From positions 320,001 through 384,000 of the forward strand of contig OY969926.1 of the NCBI GenBank assembly GCA_963704645.1: 64,000 nucleotides of DNA, written 5' to 3'. Position 1 is the first letter of the stretch; each line of letters opens with the position of its first letter. The translations under genes were made by a program, and so were the position numbers. The notes under the pieces were generated by a model. That model was not told where the DNA came from, ran no database searches, and worked only from the letters and a program-made list of their open reading frames with translations. This stretch comes from an uncultured bacterium. Lineage in GTDB: Bacteria; Patescibacteriota; JACMRA01. Shown here piece after piece: positions 61,627 through 64,000 of this stretch.

Positions 61627-62010
61627 CTAGCTAACCTTTAAAACGTAGTCGCTTAATAGTTGATACACAACGTCTATATTGCCACTTTTTCCAAATTTTA
61701 AAGAAACTGGAGATGGATAACCTTTTAGGTAAAGTTGAATTTCACTGTCTAAATCGAAGGTGCCAGCACTTTCTTTTGTAAACACAGATATTTGAGAGTA
61801 GGGAAGTGATTTAAAGCTTTTCTTTCTTCCAGTAAGACCTTGAGCATCAACCAGTATTAATCTTTCGTTAGTAAAAATTATATAGTCTCTAATGGTTTTG
61901 AAAGCAGTAAAAACAGATTCATTTTCTATTAATAAATTTGAAACTAAAGGGTTGTATTCTTCAGGTGTTGCAGTAGTTGCATTACCTAACATGTTTTGTA
62001 AAAATGACAT
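61627..62010 (-). CDS. Bacterial PH domain protein (bPH_1)
   Basis: RDYIIFTNERLILVDAQGLTGRK, SLPY, ESAGTFDLDSE. Confidence 0.88.
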   Translation of the reverse strand: MSFLQNMLGNATTATPEEYNPLVSNLLIENESVFTAFKTIRDYIIFTNERLILVDAQGLTGRKKSFKSLPYSQISVFTKESAGTFDLDSEIQLYLKGYPSPVSLKFGKSGNIDVVYQLLSDYVLKVS

Positions 62011-62087
62011 AGATTATTGTTTGAATTGTGTAATTTTAGGCTGAATAGATACTTTGGTTTTGTAAAGAAGTACACTACGTCAAACTA

Positions 62088-62188
62088 ACCCGAAACGTGC
62101 GGTTTCATCCCTAGATAGGGGTACTTTGAGTGAAGCTAAGCAAAAGTACCCCTGCTGGTAAGGGGTCAGAGCGAAGCTCTGGGGGTAG
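62088..62188. repeat. GC-rich CCCCT/AGGGG multi-hairpin intergenic element
   Basis: AGGGGTACTTT...AAAGTACCCCT (62117-62153), CCCCT...AGGGG, CAGAGC-GAA-GCTCTG (62167-62181). Confidence 0.55.
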
Positions 62189-62206
62189 CTCTGCTAAGCT
62201 AAATCT

Positions 62207-62605
62207 TTAAGCTGCTTTAGCCCAAACTTTATTCATTTTTTCATCAAAAGTGTGAAGATTGGATATTTTGTTAAATCTACACCAACTTAAATGAAAATTA
62301 TCTTCTAAGCCTAAATTATTGTTTGAATCTTTTTCTAGGGCTAAAGAAATAATTTGTTTATCTTCAAATTCAATAATGTCTAGTTGCAAAAATTTATAAA
62401 TTAATGTGTTAGTTTCTTCTTTTCCAAGTTTCAGTGTTTTAAACAAAACCCAATAAACTTCAAATAAAACTACATTATTTGAAACAAGCTTTATGTTTGA
62501 AGTAACGCATTCTATAAAGAATTTTGAAACTAAATTATACTGTTCTAAATTGTCTTTTAATAAATACCTTAAAATGTAATTTGTATCTACAAACTGTTTA
62601 TTCAT
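62207..62605 (-). CDS. PIN domain toxin (VapC-like)
   Basis: FVDTNYILRYL, VLFEVYWVL, LED, TFD acidic tetrad; ATG 62605 preferred. Confidence 0.85.
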   Translation of the reverse strand: MNKQFVDTNYILRYLLKDNLEQYNLVSKFFIECVTSNIKLVSNNVVLFEVYWVLFKTLKLGKEETNTLIYKFLQLDIIEFEDKQIISLALEKDSNNNLGLEDNFHLSWCRFNKISNLHTFDEKMNKVWAKAA

Positions 62606-62870
62606 AATCTTTATATTTTTCTTCTTTTGCTTGCTCAATTAACTTTTCCAAATCTTCATTTGTTTCAGCTCTTAAATTTTTTGGAATAGGCAGTGATCCA
62701 GCCATTTTTTTAATTTCTTCTAATTGGTTTACAAGTCTGTAGCCTCCACGAATATCTTTAACCAGAATTAAATAATTATTTTCAACGTTTTTTTGAAAAC
62801 CCAAGTCTTCTAAAACATCAACAGGAATAGTACCCTGATTTTTCTTACTAAGTTTTACTTTATAAGCCAT
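62598..62870 (-). CDS. AbrB/MazE-like antitoxin
   Basis: VKLSKKNQGTIPVDVLEDLG; overlaps the start of the PIN gene. Confidence 0.78.
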   Translation of the reverse strand: MAYKVKLSKKNQGTIPVDVLEDLGFQKNVENNYLILVKDIRGGYRLVNQLEEIKKMAGSLPIPKNLRAETNEDLEKLIEQAKEEKYKDYE

Positions 62871-62968
62871 AGTAGGTTTATTGTATGTTAAGTAGGGGAA
62901 AATGTCAAGACTAAAGTTTTGTTAATTTAACAAATTTGAAAATTCATTAATATTTTTATTATTTATAT

Positions 62969-63583
62969 CTAAGGACTTAAATTAGGGTAAGAGTTTAGTA
63001 TTTCAATATCAATCTTTTCACAAATAGATACTAAAGTTGGAAGATATTTATAACGAATATCTTGAATTGTCGTTAAAACATTGAAATCATGAGCGTACTT
63101 GTGTCTTTTATCTTTAATTTCGTCTACCATGACGAGAATTTCATTTTCAACAAGATTTTTTATTTTAATTCCGAATAGTTTGTATACTTTTTCTAATCTA
63201 TCTATATTAATGGATATACTATCCTGGAAACCATCAATTTTAAAATTGCCTGTTTTACCAATTTCGTCATCAGGCAAATCTATCAAGCTTTTTTTGGCGT
63301 AAAAATTTAGTAACGCATGAGTCGCTTTTACTTGCACAAGGCTTGAATTAACTTGTTCCAATATTGCTTCCACAATTGATTTGTTATATGATTCATACAT
63401 AGCACAAAGTGTAATTACGAAGCTACCAACTAAAATATTATTATTAGCTATGAAGAATCCGTCTTGATTTTTTTGCTCTTCAAGTTGTCCTAATGCAACT
63501 TGTTCAAGTGCAGATTCAATAGTAGCAATGTTACTCTTAAAATCCTTAAGATATTTTGTCATTAGCCAAGAGTTTGATATCAC
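62969..63583 (-). CDS. HEPN domain protein (MAE_28990/RiboL-PSP-HEPN-like)
   Basis: LCAMYESY helix and KRHKYAH (Rx4H) motif. Confidence 0.7.
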   Translation of the reverse strand: MISNSWLMTKYLKDFKSNIATIESALEQVALGQLEEQKNQDGFFIANNNILVGSFVITLCAMYESYNKSIVEAILEQVNSSLVQVKATHALLNFYAKKSLIDLPDDEIGKTGNFKIDGFQDSISINIDRLEKVYKLFGIKIKNLVENEILVMVDEIKDKRHKYAHDFNVLTTIQDIRYKYLPTLVSICEKIDIEILNSYPNLSP

Positions 63584-64000
63584 TGATAATAAATTTATTC
63601 CAAAGCTCTCTTCTGCTCAATATACTTTTCTTTTGAGCAGTACCACCTTGTAATGTTTGAATGAAGTTGGGATCTTTGCACATTTTTTCATAATTAAGTA
63701 GAATGTTTGCTTTTTTATTATCAATAACATCCCAACCAATGTCTCTAAGGCCTGACATTTGTATGTCGTAGTATGAAATGCCAGTACGCTTATTAGTTTT
63801 ACTTGCACCTTTAAAAGTTAACTCTCCAAATACAGCCTTACATTTACTAAAAGTATCCAAAAAGTCATTTTCCATTTCTAATATTTTTGAACTTGTTTCA
63901 TACTCATACTTTTTCATAATTTTATCTAAAAATAATGTTAGCTTGGTCTCTTTATAATCCTCTATGTTATTGTCATAGGAGAGAGCAAAATATCTTAAAA
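63546..64000 (-). CDS. C-terminal part of a probable DUF262 (ParB-like) protein, 5' end outside window
   Basis: Frame stays open past ATG 63917 to the window edge (LRYFALSYD...LFLDKIM); C-terminal GT-x-x-K-x-x-I-x-x-R pattern; upstream of the HEPN gene. Confidence 0.5.
   Translation of the reverse strand, partial: LRYFALSYDNNIEDYKETKLTLFLDKIMKKYEYETSSKILEMENDFLDTFSKCKAVFGELTFKGASKTNKRTGISYYDIQMSGLRDIGWDVIDNKKANILLNYEKMCKDPNFIQTLQGGTAQKKSILSRRELWNKFIISDIKLLANDKIS

Overview
An AT-rich bacterial chromosome segment in genetic code 11. It is most consistent with a Patescibacteria (CPR) genome; this is an inference from the IF2 N-terminus, orphan pilM, absence of Shine-Dalgarno motifs and scrambled housekeeping operons. 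Core genes: htpX, murT-like, secE-nusG, nrdB-nrdA (class Ia), infB, recA, groES-groEL with a CIRCE operator, fusA, truB, an RlmD-like methyltransferase, htrA, ung, divergent rbfA-yidC, a stand-alone 5'-3' exonuclease and three tRNAs (Val, His, Ala). Accessory content: a heliorhodopsin, CruF-like and CrtD/CrtI-like carotenoid enzymes, a GtrAB/GT-C glycosylation cluster, a heterodimeric ABC exporter with one split subunit, a disrupted 1057-bp IS256-variant element with an 8-bp target duplication, a VapBC pair and a DUF262-like/HEPN pair at the right edge. Standout unexplained features: (1) an ORF-free, promoter-preceded, end-paired, hairpin-dense ~480-nt region downstream of htrA (about 49380-49860) that looks like a large structured ncRNA, with only faint RNase P-like landmarks; (2) a family of seven palindromic repeats, three carrying the same ~46-bp nested insert; (3) several full-length enzyme homologues that have lost catalytic motifs. 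All calls come from reading motifs by eye; no searches were run.
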